Positions 37,871 to 50,903 of a DNA stretch of 64,000 bases are shown in pieces. The position numbers and the translations under genes are program-made. Origin of the DNA: Camelus ferus (taxonomy: Eukaryota); the NCBI RefSeq assembly GCF_009834535.1, contig NC_045697.1, positions 52,392,001-52,456,000 on the forward strand, written 5' to 3'. Within the stretch, counting starts at the first letter, position 1. Every line of letters begins with the position of its first letter. The notes under the pieces are model-generated. The model made no database searches. It was not told the origin of the DNA and was given only the letters and a program-made list of their open reading frames with translations.

Positions 37871-39774
37871 CCTGCAATGTTTAAGGCCTGATAGTGGGCA
37901 CAGCCAAGAATGGACAGACTTTACTCTCCCGAAGTTTACAGTTCAATGAAGAGGAGCAAATATAAAAAGTGCTCTAATGAAAGAAGAAACATAAACATAA
38001 TACGAAAGGTATACTGTTCAATGGGAGGTCACAGAATGCAGTAATCACACCTGGCAACGGAGTTCAAGGAAGGCTCCTCTGTGAATCAGGTTTAAAGAGC
38101 TCTCTCATATAGGCGGGCTCCTCAAATACTGATACTGTAAGTTCTCCTTTTCAAGTACCTCAGTATGACCTGATACAAAGTAATGACTGAAGTGTAAAAA
38201 CCAATTCTGGGCTTAAACAGTAAAATGTGAACAATAAGAAAATACCGAGAAAAAATTGTCAACATTAAACAGAGAATGGTGAAGAATAACCCAGGAGTTA
38301 AACAAAGAACAATAAAAGATCATGAACACAAGAACAGAATCTAAGGCTTTCACATCAGGTTGAAGATAATCCAATAAACTCACCTGGAGTGAATGCCAAA
38401 GATAAAGTTACAGACCATTAGTTGATTCTCTAAGGGATACCCATCCTGGATTTTATGCAGGGCCAACTATGAGAACACACACAGTGGAAAAAATTTCCAT
38501 TAGCCAAACTTGATTCCAAAGAAATGGATTTCAAACGGCTGCCATGTGGAGGTACAACTGGTAAAAGAAACTGGGACTAGCTCAGTGATATGGGGACCCT
38601 TTTTTGTCTTTACCAGGTAATATCACCAACTCCATGAATCTAGGAATGTACATTTCAGGTTCCTTTTATACAAGCCTGTATTCTTTCTTCCAAAGTGAGG
38701 TCTTGCTATAATTACTCAGAAGTACATGGCTTGCTCTTCTGCCATAAATGTTTACTCTTAGAATTTCTTAATCTTCCTCACTTTCTAAGTGGCTCTCTAA
38801 CAATCCAGCTGATCACAGTACTAGCATATCCAAGAAACTAGAGATTATGAATGGGTAAAGCAGATCAAGTGGACTAATTATAACAGAGATGGTGTATGTG
38901 GGATGACAGCTCCGTGTGATGATGGGAAAGTTACTCATGCACAAAAGAGAGGCATCACGTGTAGCTGACTGAAAAAGTCAATCTTCCAAACCCCACTCAT
39001 GTCTTAGATTCTCCTGTCCTCTTCTATGAAAAGTTTATAGATTTTAGGTTTTCTATATGAGACCTGTCACAATGTAACTGTTACTCAATCTTGATTGACT
39101 GGAATAACATTATGTCCTCCCAGCTCTTGACTATCACCCTCAGACCTACAGCATCAACTGGTAAGCAGGTCCAGGCTGTCATATTATTCCTCAGGCACTA
39201 GACATGTATTTAAACCCTACCTCCTTTTGTCTGCCACTATTAGCATATGTTAAAAATAAGTGTAATAAAGTGGGATTTATAATCAGGAGTACTCATGGTT
39301 TGTCATTTGAATCTGATCCTGTTAGAAGAAAACCCTATAGGCTGTTCAACATCCTTCCTACAAGTGATGTTATAAAAATCATCTACACCTGATTATTTCT
39401 CCAAAGCTTACACCTATTACTACCCCATTCCATACATTCTTTTTTCCTCTCCGGGAGAATGATTTTAATCTTCCAATCTGTAGTTATTCTCAATTCACCC
39501 CTGCCTAATGCCCCGTGTCAACAGGCTAACATCTGCCTGGTTTCCTGGGGCAAAAAGCTTATTCTCAGCTTTCTTACTTGTGTTCTTTCCTCTCTTCTTC
39601 TCTCCTTCTTAGTTTATTTCTCTTCCTCCTGCTGATTTCCCCCTTCACATTCTCTTTGAAAACTGCCAGCTCTTATTCCTTCCCAAACTAATTCCTCTGG
39701 TAGGCTCAAAATCATTCTAGGACACCTTAGTACCATGTCCTTCCAGTGGAAATGTACCCGTGTTAGTGGTAAAG

Positions 39775-39913
39775 TAGGGTCACCATACTTATCAGGTTGG
39801 TGACATGTATGACAGCCCCAGTTTACCCCACTGTCCTGGAGTAAGTATTAAGATCACCTTCTTTCACTCTCATAAGTGTCTTGGGCTAAGAAAAAAATTA
39901 TATGATCACCCTA
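39775..39913. mobile_element. hAT-Blackjack MITE (MER94/MER81-like)
   Basis: Terminal inverted repeats tagggtcaccata / tatgatcacccta, 139 bp. Confidence 0.75.
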
Positions 39914-40559
39914 CATTTTAATCTCACTGAGGCTGACTCCTGAGCAGTGCCTAAAATACGGCATTGGGATATAATTACATGCTGTTGAAACTTAAGATTG
40001 AAGGAACTCAAAAGTATGAGAGAATACCTGGGCCAAACAGCATCACAGTAAATCTTTCTGAGTATGAATTTATTCATTTATGATATGCAGCAATATTAAC
40101 TATTAGGATAGGATAAAGTATTCTCTCACTCAGCACAGGTAAGATGATTCTGCCTCTGCCCACTCCGGTGGCCAATTTGATGGATTAAAGTTTGACAGAT
40201 TCATTGGGACTTTTTTCTAATGAGAGGGGTGCAGTGCCTTGAAGACAAGAAACTGTTTTCTCTTACAGCAAGACAAATGAATGGAAAAAGACTTTACATC
40301 TTAATCCATGTGGCTGGTTAGAAAAGTAGACTCAGAGACAGTTTCATATGCTCAACTATATTTCTCTATCATAACTCGTGTCTCTTAAATCTGTTAATCC
40401 CAGAATTTGGATTCTGTATGGGTGGTTTTAGGTGTGGAACAGTGTATTTGGTGAAGAAGAAATTTCCAATCTAAATAATACTTCTCAGAGACTTCACTTC
40501 CAACTATTGTAAACTAACTTACATCACACCAACCCTTCCAGGAAGAAAAACTGAAAAGC

Positions 40560-41660
40560 TGGATTTCTGTAATCTGTTTAAATGAATCAGAAAGTTACTA
40601 TGACATTAAAAGCCTAAGGAGCCAGTATCCCTGAAGAAGGAAACTGCCCAAAGGTAAGGATAAATTCAGCTCTGATTTTCTTCTAAAGGCATTTGATGAT
40701 TTCTAAGTAGCTGCAGAAATTCAGAAACTGAGCAGAGTCTTCAGCAGTCTCAAAGTGATAAGCAAACATGCCAGGCATTTAGTGGGGACCCCTAAAGGAC
40801 AAGACTCAAGGCATAAGGGCAAACTAGTAATAAACCAATCCACATAAAGACTGAAACCCAGCTTCCAGTCAGCTCACTTCCAGATTAAATGTTAAGTTGG
40901 CTGGCCTACCTAAGCCACCCAGAAACAGAACAATCTCTGAAGAAAGATAACATTATCCAGAATACCAACTTAGCTCTATTATGTATGTTCAATATTCAGA
41001 GACTCAATCTGATACTCAATCAGAAACCACTGATATTCAATCAGAAATTACTAAGCATACTAGTAGACAAGATCAAATGGCTTTCCAGTCATTTTTTTTC
41101 TCATCCAAGAAAAAACAGAAATTAGAAACAAACTTACAGGAGCCACATATTACAGTTACCAGAGACAGACTTTGAAGTAACTTAATAATATTTTGAAACA
41201 TTGACGAGATGGAGAATTTCAACAGAATCCATTTTAAAAACAAACTAGATGTCCTAGAGATTAGCATATGTATCAAGGACCTATTAAAGTCAAAATTATT
41301 CATAATATGAAAACAGGACATATCAAAATATGTGGTATGCAGCTAAACTTGTGTGTTCAGTAAAATTCATAGCCTAAGTGCAAATATTACAAAAGAAGAA
41401 AAGTTAAAGTTTGATGATCTAAATATATATCTTAAGGAGTAAGAATAAAACAGCAAATGAAACTCAAAGAAGGGATAAAGAAGGAATTAATAAAAACAAG
41501 AAAGGAAATTATGTCCTTAAAAAACAAATATACTATCCTGGTCATGTTCTATTTCATAATCTGAATGACAACTATACAGGTCTGTCCACACTGTAAAAAC
41601 AAATCGAGTAGATTTCATCTATATATGTAACACAAATATGTTTTACTTTAATAAAACAAT
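40560..41660 (+). mobile_element. Degenerate old L1 fragments
   Basis: L1-like motifs: caaaatatgtggtatgcagctaa, aaattcatagcctaagtgc, tatatatcttaagga..aaactcaaagaa, gttctatttcataatctg. Confidence 0.6.
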
Positions 41661-42290
41661 TATACTATGAGTGTCTTAATAAATAAACTGTTGTTTCACT
41701 GCAAATCTGGCTTACATGTAGTGCTCCCTTGGCAGGAAACTTTCAAAAAAGGAAATCAAGGGCAGTGAAACACTAAAACTATACTCCACAGCCCTAATTC
41801 ATATGTCAAAGACTTTTGAAAACATGAGGTAAGAGATAAAGTACCTAGCAAGACACACAAAAAGTGTAGGGCTCACTCCTCCCCAACCTTCTTTCTAGTT
41901 TCTCCAACATAGAAAGCAAACTTCCCTGCTGCCTTTTCTCTTTCTACCATGAATAAGGGGGAGGCCACCTGACTGTGCTACGTCGCAGGTGAGATATTCC
42001 TGCCTTTATCTTCCAATGGCATGCAAACCCTATTGCACTGCTCAACATAAACATAATATAACCTAATCCAGTATGCTTCCTTTGGGTTATAATTAGCCTC
42101 CAACAGGGCTGGGATGAAGAAGCAATCCATCAAAAGTAGCCTTGTGAAAACTAATCCCTGAGATAATTTTGAAATAGATTTGACTTACCAAGAACTATGT
42201 GTATATATTTGGAACAGATCTACTGTCCCCAGTTCCAGGAATCCTGGAGTATGATAGGTGGGGACTGCTATACTGCCTACAGTTGGCTTC

Positions 42291-42778
42291 TGTGGTTAAC
42301 TGAAGACTGTCCCTATGGCCCGTCCTCCCCCAACTTTCCAGCAGTCCTCCCATCCCACATCCAAGGGAGATAAGAACTCATCGGAACTAATCAAATTCGA
42401 AGTCAGTTAACCTTCACTGGCTTTTCTCAGGCACTAGGGAGATAGTTCTTCTCACTGAAAGCTCTGTTCTGGCCTTTCTTTGTAGTAGGAGGTTCTCAGT
42501 ACAAAGAGCAGACCTCCTCTTCAGTTCAAGTACAAGCAGCCTCTTTCGCTTATAGGTTCTTCACAGCTACCAAGACGAGGCAGGAGGCTCTGCCTAGGTC
42601 ACCGCGGTTCTGCTGTGGGGTTTGCAGTCAAAACCTCAGTCAGTAATAAAGAGTTCCTTGGCCCTTGCCTCTCTGTACACATGTCCCTACTTGATCTCCT
42701 GGAGAGTGTTGGGCTGAGGACAGGGTCCGCGTGTTCCTAAGTAGCCTGCTCAAATACCACCTCAAACACACCCCAACA
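42291..42778 (+). mobile_element. Possible ancient LTR
   Basis: TG...CA ends and AATAAA at about 42645 followed by an LTR-like U5. Family not identified. Confidence 0.4.
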
Positions 42779-43619
42779 TTCCATTCCTAAATCTCACTTC
42801 TTTACTGTAAATTGTATGGTTGCTCAACAAGGAAATGACAGAAGAAGGAAAAAGATAGGAATTGTTGTTTTATAAGCTAAGCCCGGAATTGCTTTTGATA
42901 TCAAGACTAGGTAAGACAAATCATCTCAAAGCTTCTTCTTCTGTTAAATACAGATAGCCTTTACTTATCCCATAAGCTAATTCGTGGAATCGGACGTTCT
43001 TGGTGTGATAGAGAGGACTGTTAGAATAATTACTGTAAATGGTTTTTGTTTTGTCTTCAATGATTACCCTTCAGGTTATCTTCAAGTTGTAATTTAGAAG
43101 AATATTTCCAATGGCTAAATTTAATCAGCCCCATGTCTAAAAGGCCTAAAAGGAGGAGCTAGTGCTTGATCACCTGCAGAATCCAACCATTCGACAGTCA
43201 CATAGGATGTTATTAGTGCTCATTTATGGCACGGTCTCAGATTTCCTTAGTGTATAAGCCATGAAAGAGGGCGGAGTAATTAAATAAGACAAAAAGCCAA
43301 ATGGCTCTGTGGCTGCGTGTTTTTACTTTTCAAACACTCTTCTACTTTTGCTTATTCCGTTTTTAAAAACACAAAATGAAAACAGTCCCCCGAGGGTGAA
43401 AATTTGATTTTCTAATTTTTCTTTCCAAATATAGACATCTCACCACCATTAATGCAAATGACTCTGCAAAGCAGCACATTTACAAATGGCTATTAAACTA
43501 AATATAACATTAAGTACAATCCATCAGTTCTGATTTTCTAAATAGAATGAAATTTCAAGTACTGACCTAGTTGAAAAATCACCTTATTAAAATCTCTAGT
43601 CACATTTTCTATGTCTTAT

Positions 43620-43810
43620 ATCATTTTTAAAAAATCAATGTTTTTAGCTATTTACAGTATTTTAAACATTTTCACATTTACTATTTTACTTGAATTCTTA
43701 CAGAAAGTTTATGAGAAATGTACTATTTAACTATTTTACAGATAAGGGAAATTAAAGTTCAGAAAGTTTAAAGGACTTCATGAAACTCATACAGCCAACT
43801 GGCCAAGCCA
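43620..43810 (-). mobile_element. MIR SINE
   Basis: attttacagataagggaaattaaagttcagaaagtttaa is the MIR core. Confidence 0.65.
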
Positions 43811-45962
43811 GAATGTGCTCTCTGCCCACTTCACTACCCGCTGAAACCCTTACATTCCTGATGAATATACTTTACTACCAAAAGTTTAGAAGAAATTGTC
43901 CTGAAACTTCTAAACCTTTTACACAGCAAACCAGGGTCAAGCATCTACAATGGTTTAGGCCCTGTACAGATAACCTTTAAAATTTTTAATAAACACATTT
44001 TAAAGTATTTAACAGGATTTAATTACATAAAATAAAATGAGCCACAGAGAGAGAGGGAAAGCAGAAAATCCACATTAAAAAAATAGCACTTTTAAAAACC
44101 ATTTAAAGAAAATCAAGAACTTGCAAAGTCTAGGTGCATCTGAGTTAGATAATGTTTTTAAAAGTCCTTTTTTCTTTTTCATTATTGTGCCATGTACTCC
44201 ACTGTGTGTAAAGGCAGGTCACCTGCTCTGTGATGCAGAGAAGGAAACTTGAAATACTTATTAATCTACCTGGTGGGAAATGCCCTCTACCTGGATGCCC
44301 CTTAGATGCTACCTACCTATGCCTCCAAACTCTAGCCAAGAATTACGGGGAGGGTGAGCCTGACCCTGGCTGCCTCAAGCTCAGTGCTGAGCAAGTAACA
44401 GGCCCCTCAATCCATGTGTTACATGGAGGGATATTATGAGGCTCTGAACCAAGAGAACATCTGTGGGGACAGAATGTTGAAAACAGATTTGGGAAAAATT
44501 AGAAGGCAGAATATACAGGACTTGTTGAATGCCTGGATAGAGAGAGTAAAGGAGAAGGAAGTGTCTACAATGAACACAAGACTAGGACCACATTTCTTCA
44601 AAGGTCCAAAGCTCACATGACATCAAGAGTAAATATTTCACCAATACTGATGAGTAACAGATGCTCCACTGAAAATCTGGCTGAACACTAAACATATCTG
44701 TGACCTCAATTTTCACTGGATTTTAACCTGAGCAATAGTTGCTGAGAAGACCAGAGTTACTTATCTTCTGCATTTAGCCTCTTCATCTGTAAGGCAGGTT
44801 GAAAACCACACACCACATGCAGATGATACGTAAAAAGCTCTTAGTACACTGCCTCAAATAGCATAGTGGTAACAATAATTACTGCCAGGTTAGGGTTAGT
44901 GTAATCCTGGAATCTATGGTAAACAGATGATCAGCAAAATAATAAAATGTTTTTCTCTCCCAAAGGAATAAAGTAAAATAAAGTTATATTGGCACTACAT
45001 TTAATTCACAATCCTCTGGATTTCAGATAGAAATCTCTTTCCCCAGTTGGTATCATGGACTTAAAAACATATATTCACCCAGTACAGTACCTCTCCACGC
45101 AAGTTAATTCTACCAAGTGTATAGATGTATAAGTTTTAACTTGAAAGAGTTGCTGAGATCTCTTCACCATGGTAAGGCTAAAAAAAATCAGATAAACTGA
45201 AGGCGAAGGTGAGCGTGGGTGGATCAGTGCAGCTATCCTGTAAAAGTAACACAACTGCTCACAGTAACGGCACCATTTTATCTGCATTCCCTTGGAATGA
45301 CACCCTTGTCCTTGAACGACTGTTTTCAGCAGGAAAAAAAAAAGGTGACATGCTTTACTTCCACTCTCACTCTACCTATTAATATCTTAAAAGCAGTATC
45401 AGTCTACAGTCCACTCCAAAAAGAAAGACCCTAAACATAGGGTTTTCTTTTTCTGTTCTTTCTGCTCCACAATCTTCAGCTGCCACTGGGAGAGAGGGGC
45501 TGCAGTGGGAACAACCAAACAAAGACAAAAAAAACAAAAATTAGCATCATGGGATTAGTGACTTTAAGAGAAAATTATAGTTTAAGGGGAGATGTTTCGT
45601 GTGCGTTCTCTTCTGCACACATCCCAGTCGGGGTAGCTAATAAAAAAACATGGACTGCTCTTTTAAAAACAAAAAGTTCAAGGGATGAGAGGTGGGAGTG
45701 TGGAATCATCAGAGGCAAGAGTTGGAAGTTAATGGCCTGACAAGCAACCAAGTGGAGTGCTCTTCTTGTGCAGGACTGAGCACTGTTCAGCGCCCTCACC
45801 ATCTGCTCCACCCCAGTGTGGTCCAGGAGCCGGCAAGGCTCTGCCTTCCACATCCTGCAAACCTCAAGGCTGGTGGTCCAGACTTCTGTGTCCTCCGTCT
45901 CACCTGTGGTTCCCTTCTCTGGGAACAAAAGGAAAAAGCAGGGCTCTTCTCAAAGCACAGAG

Positions 45963-46138
45963 CAGCAGTTCTGAACTTGGGGTCCCCAATGGGGACCCAG
46001 GAAGCCCAAGGACACTGTGAAATTATTTGCAAGTTGTTGTGCCTACACATTTATTGTGCATTTCTCTGGTAAGTGCATCCATTGTTTCATCACAAACTCA
46101 AGTGGATTCTTGACATGAAAAAAGCTTAAGAACCACTG
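45963..46138. mobile_element. hAT-Charlie MITE
   Basis: Ends cagcagttctgaac / cttaagaaccactg form Charlie-type TIRs. Confidence 0.6.
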
Positions 46139-48075
46139 CCTTAGATGGTCTTTGAACTGAAAAAAGTATGTAAAGAAGGCCCACTGCTTGCATCTTGGAG
46201 GTGCAGTCCTTTAGACAGTGTTCATACTGAAAGATTTTTGTGGCTCCAGGAATGGGACAAGTGGACCTTCTAATCACTAGAGGATTCACTCAAGGTCACA
46301 CTCCCAGAACAGAAGTAGGGCCAGCACAAGTGCCCTCTCTTGAGCCCTCCTCTACTTTCATTCCCACCACACCACTGGAACAGGAAACAATAATCCATTA
46401 AAATGCTTTAAAAAAAAAAAAAAGTCATTGAGTGAAACTGGATAAATGTAGAAGTACTTTTTACTTAGTGCATCAAATGTGGTAACAAAAATCAGCCTGT
46501 AAAACTAACAAGCAGACATAACTATTTAAGACCTGTCTGGGTGGATGCTTTAATATCTCATTACTTGGGGCCTAATAAGAAATTGTCGATAAAATGCCCA
46601 TCCACAGAGAGACAACGGGGGTAAAGCATACCATCCATTGACTTCCAGATGGCTGCTGGCAGTTCTCTGAGAATTCAGTGCTATCAGCTGGGAAGCATTT
46701 AACCCAGGTCCTCCCAGTGCTGGGACGTACAAGGGACCACATGGTCCCAGCAGAACTCTTCAAACAGACAGCTGTGTCGCTGTAATTAAATCCGTAGTAG
46801 TCATGCTATTATCTATTTAGCAGCTTTTTTTTAATGTACCCTTCACTGAGGTCTCTGAGAACACGCACCAAATTAGAACAATAGAAAATACTGAAGAAGC
46901 AGTAAAAGGGAATCAAGGGGAGAGGAAAGTTCTGACACAAGAGCAGGCAACAGCTGTCCCAAAACTTCCCTGAGAGGGTCTTCATTTGTCCCTGGTGGGA
47001 TGTGACTGAGCTCCAGGAGGTGATGGTCACTTTCCTGACATGAGTGAGGAGCTGGAGGGTCGGCGCACCCCTTGATTCCCCAGTACACTCCCCTGCCAAG
47101 TTCTACCTCTTTTTGAATTCTGAATTTTTGAATCCTCCGGTGCCAGTCACTGGACATTCAACATATCAGAAAATCTTAAAAGAACTCAAAGGCAATCTAG
47201 TCCAATTTCTCACCCATTAACTACATTCCTAACATACAGAAGAAAAAAGCATTCAAGAATTAATTCAGATGTCACCTCTGCCCACTCCCCAGCCCCTGGC
47301 AAAATTCATCCTCCCTTCTCTAGGAGAAGACACCCCCACCCTGTGTTATTTACAGATTTGTCTCATAGTCTATAATCAGAACCCTTAAAAGCAGAGAGGG
47401 GACCCTCCTCGTTTTTGTAGTCCTGATCCCTAATAAAGTCCCTAGTGCAAAGGAGGACTTCATAAAAGCTTTGTAAATAAATTAGAGATGAAGCTCTATT
47501 TCCTATATAATTCATATTTATATTAAAATAAATACTGCCTCCGTGAAATACCTGCTATTACAAGTTTATGTCTAGAGCAACAAACGGTAAATCTATCCTC
47601 TTTCATGGGAAGGCAACCTTCACGAACTTCCTACCCCTCAAACCTTCTCGTCTCGAAGAGTCATGGATGAGTTACTTCGACTATTCTCAGGCTGGTGCCC
47701 AGGCATTTCCCCCGCCTAGTTCCCATAACCACATCCCCTCAACTGTTTCTGAAAATGGGCCCCTTTGAAAAATCTGAATCTGATGAATGTTATAAACTTT
47801 CTGTCCAAATAAAGTACGGTTTCCCCCATTATCCACTTCATGCTTGAACTTACACAGTTTACCTTTATTCTTGTTAACTTCATTGTGGGTTCAGTCCCTC
47901 AAGATCATTCTCCATCTTGAGTCTGTCCTTTAAAGTTCAGAGAGCTAACCTTGTCAATTGTGTGTCCTCTGAGAATCTGATAAGCCAGCATTGGGTCTTA
48001 CTCCAAATTGCTACTAGATCTGTTCAGCAGGACAGTACAAGCTAAAAAGTGTCATGCCATTAAAAATTCCTTCCA

Positions 48076-48200
48076 GCTCAAGTGGTAGAGCACATGCTTA
48101 GCACACACAAGGTCCTGGGTTCAGTCCCCAGTACCTCCTCTAAAAATAAATAAGTAAATCTAGTTACCCCCCCCAAATTTTTTTTAATTAAAAAATAAAG
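48076..48200 (+). mobile_element. 5'-truncated tRNA-derived SINE (Vic-1 type)
   Basis: gctcaagtggtagagcacatgcttagc..gtcctgggttcagtccccagtacctcc. Perfect 12-bp TSD aaattccttcca (48064-48075, 48201-48212). Confidence 0.88.
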
Positions 48201-48435
48201 AAATTCCTTCCACTGTGACACTGGTTATTAAGACACACACTTGAATACAATGATTCTCTAGCTAAGAACTCTGTGGTGGTCACACAGACCTCAGTTCATC
48301 AAAGTGCTTACAACGGCACCATCATGGACCCTACGGATGCCTTACTACAACCAAGTGGGCCGCTCAGAAAAGAAAATGTGAGATATAAACATACTTATGT
48401 TCTTCTATTTAATGTGTATAGCAATAATTCAGATC

Positions 48436-48620
48436 ACAGGTTAACAAACTTTTTCTTTGAAAAGCCAAATTAGGCTTTGCAGGCAACATACAGCCCCTGT
48501 CATGTGTTCTTTTTTTTTTTTTAACAACTCTTTAAAACTGTAACTATTTTTAGCTTGCCAGCCATACAACAACAGTCTACAGGCAGCCTAGGGCCCGATG
48601 CCATAGTTTGCCAGACATCG
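48436..48620. mobile_element. MER58-like hAT-Charlie element
   Basis: caggttaacaaactttttc..taggctttgcagg..ccatagtttgcc. Confidence 0.65.
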
Positions 48621-48689
48621 TTGCTTCGATTTTGAAGCAAATGGCAGACTGGTGAAGACAACCATTTAACCAAAAATTAAAACAGGCAG

Positions 48690-49060
48690 TTACTGGATGA
48701 TAGTTGTGGTAGCTGTCATGACGGAAAAGCATAGCATATGAGAGCTTACAATGCAAGCTCCAGCCAAAACCAGGGATCCCAGGAGACTTCCCTGCAGAGA
48801 TAACCTCTACTGAGAAATAAAGGGAAACCCAGTTGCCTGGGCAGGAAGAGCATTTCAGTGAAAGGAAACAGCATGTGCACAGGGCCCGAGGTCTGGGGAA
48901 AACTGGCACATTAGTGGACCTGAAAGGACGTGTGTGTGGTCAAAGTCAACAAGGGAGAGAATCTTGCAAAACAACTCTGGAGAGAGACATGAGGCAGGAT
49001 AACACAAGGCTTTGAAGGGCATGCTAAGGATTCTGGGCTCATTGCAAAAACAGTCTTAAG
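48690..49060 (-). mobile_element. L2 fragment
   Basis: ggagacttccctg..gaagagcatttcag..aaacagcatgtgcacagggcccgag..gctaaggatt. Confidence 0.6.
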
Positions 49061-49401
49061 CTATGAGTGACAATCCTTCAGTGCAGAACCTGTCTTATAT
49101 TACCTAGATCCCTCACAGTGCTTTATCAGCTTTCTACATTCTCAGATTTCAAAACCACAATGGTTTTTCTGAGTGAAAAAATAATTCTTAACATCCTATT
49201 ACTCAGACTACTAGGACTAGGACTGGCTAGTGTTTTATTACTTGTTACTTTCAGGAGAGACAGAAGACAAGGGAAGACACCACTGCATGATCCTACCTCC
49301 ACATGTCCCATGGAGACTATTTAATACAGAATCATTCTAAATTCAGACCTAAATAAAAATTTTTAAATTCCTCAGTGTTCTATTTTGCTACTTTCTCTTG
49401 G

Positions 49402-49588
49402 ACCAAAAATTATAAAATATATTACAAATGTATTATCCAAAAATTATAAAATGTATTATAAATATATAAATATATATTATAAATTATAAAATATATTATA
49501 AATATATATTATAAACATATAACCAAAAATACATTACAAATATATATATTATAAAAACATATATAACCAAAAATTACAAATATATTAT
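49402..49588. repeat. AT-rich degenerate minisatellite (ccaaaaattataaaatatattacaaat-like units)
   Basis: ccaaaaat(t/a) recurs four times, separated by (ataaatatatatt)-type subrepeats. Confidence 0.8.
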
Positions 49589-49699
49589 TGCTTCATTTAT
49601 TTCACTTGTTTCATTTTCCCCAACTCTGTTTCATGGTTGATCCTACTCTTCCATTCACAAAGAGGCAGGAGAAAGCAGGTGTGAAAAAGGAAGTAATAT

Positions 49700-49880
49700 T
49701 TTTTAAGCACCTAATTGATCTGTGCCTGGTGTCCTTCACATATATTACCTCTTTTTAAATCTCATAAGAACATGAAAGCTAAGTTTTTACCCATTTTTTC
49801 TAAGGCTCAAAGACATTTAAGTACCTGCACAAGATCACTCAGCCAGTAAGAAGGCAAGCTAGGATTTGAACCAACACCTC
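49700..49880 (-). mobile_element. MIR SINE
   Basis: aaggctcaaag..caagatcactcagccagtaag..aggatttgaacc. Confidence 0.7.
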
Positions 49881-50876
49881 CAGGATTATATAAAACCCAA
49901 ACTTTTCTGCTTCATTAAGCAAAACACGTTTCCTATTATCCAACAAACTCTAAAAAGACTCTCAATCTTCTATTCCTTTGATTTAAATCCTTTTGTCCTA
50001 TTCTTTCCACAGTGAGGTCTTACAAGTTGGGAGTTTAGATCAAGAAGGCACCGCTAAAATGGAGAAAATACAGCCCATAGGATGGTTCAGACCATGACAG
50101 CACAGACTAAGAAACAGATAAGCATGGGAGCACAGAGCCCCTGTGTGACATTAGAGAAGAGAGACTCTTCCAAGGGCCTTTAATTCTCATCTATTCTTGG
50201 TTTTTATTTTAACAAAACCTACATGTTGTGCTACTTCAGCACATCTGTTGAAAATGAAAAACTATAGAGAATTTTTAAAACTGGAAACCAAAAGGTGACA
50301 CGAATCAAGATCTTTTAAAAGAAGTAACTGCACTCCGTTCCCTCAGCAGGACTTCATTCAGGGACTCCCACAAAGACATGTGCAAATAAGAACAACACTG
50401 CCCACACCCCAAGAAAATCCCTTCATGACACATTTTTTATGGATGTTTTCACAATGTTCTGATGAAAAGAGATACTCCCTGAGAATTCCACACTTTGGAA
50501 AAGAGTTGCACAACTCTTTTAAGTGGTAGGGACAATTGTTATTTTTCTAAACAAAGCCTTCCTCCAGAGTGTCTGGGGATGCCTTCTTAGAGATCATAAT
50601 TCAACAGGCATTGAATTATGCATCGAGTTTTTCTTCACCCAAAGCTTCAAGGTAGAGGGTACTTGTTGAAATTTCTAAAATTCCCCTTGCTTATTTCTCA
50701 GTGTCATAAATAAGCTAATATGGAAACAGGCTTTATCTGTAAGTTTCATTTGAGAAACAACGAGTAACGCAGCCAAAGACACTGTGAGAAGAGATGAACT
50801 TCTTTCATCTCTGACCAAAAGGTTTTTCTGAAACAAGTCATCTTAATACACAGCTGGGTTTCAGCTTGACTTGTTC

Positions 50877-50903
50877 TTTATTTATTTATTTATTTATTTA
50901 TTT
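50877..50903. repeat. (TTTA)n microsatellite
   Basis: Seen directly, about 6 units. Confidence 0.9.

Noticed and set aside
15021..48200. tRNA-like sequences with A and B boxes as real tRNA genes
   Set aside because: They have G-rich leaders, A-rich tails, TSDs and divergent stems; they are SINE copies.
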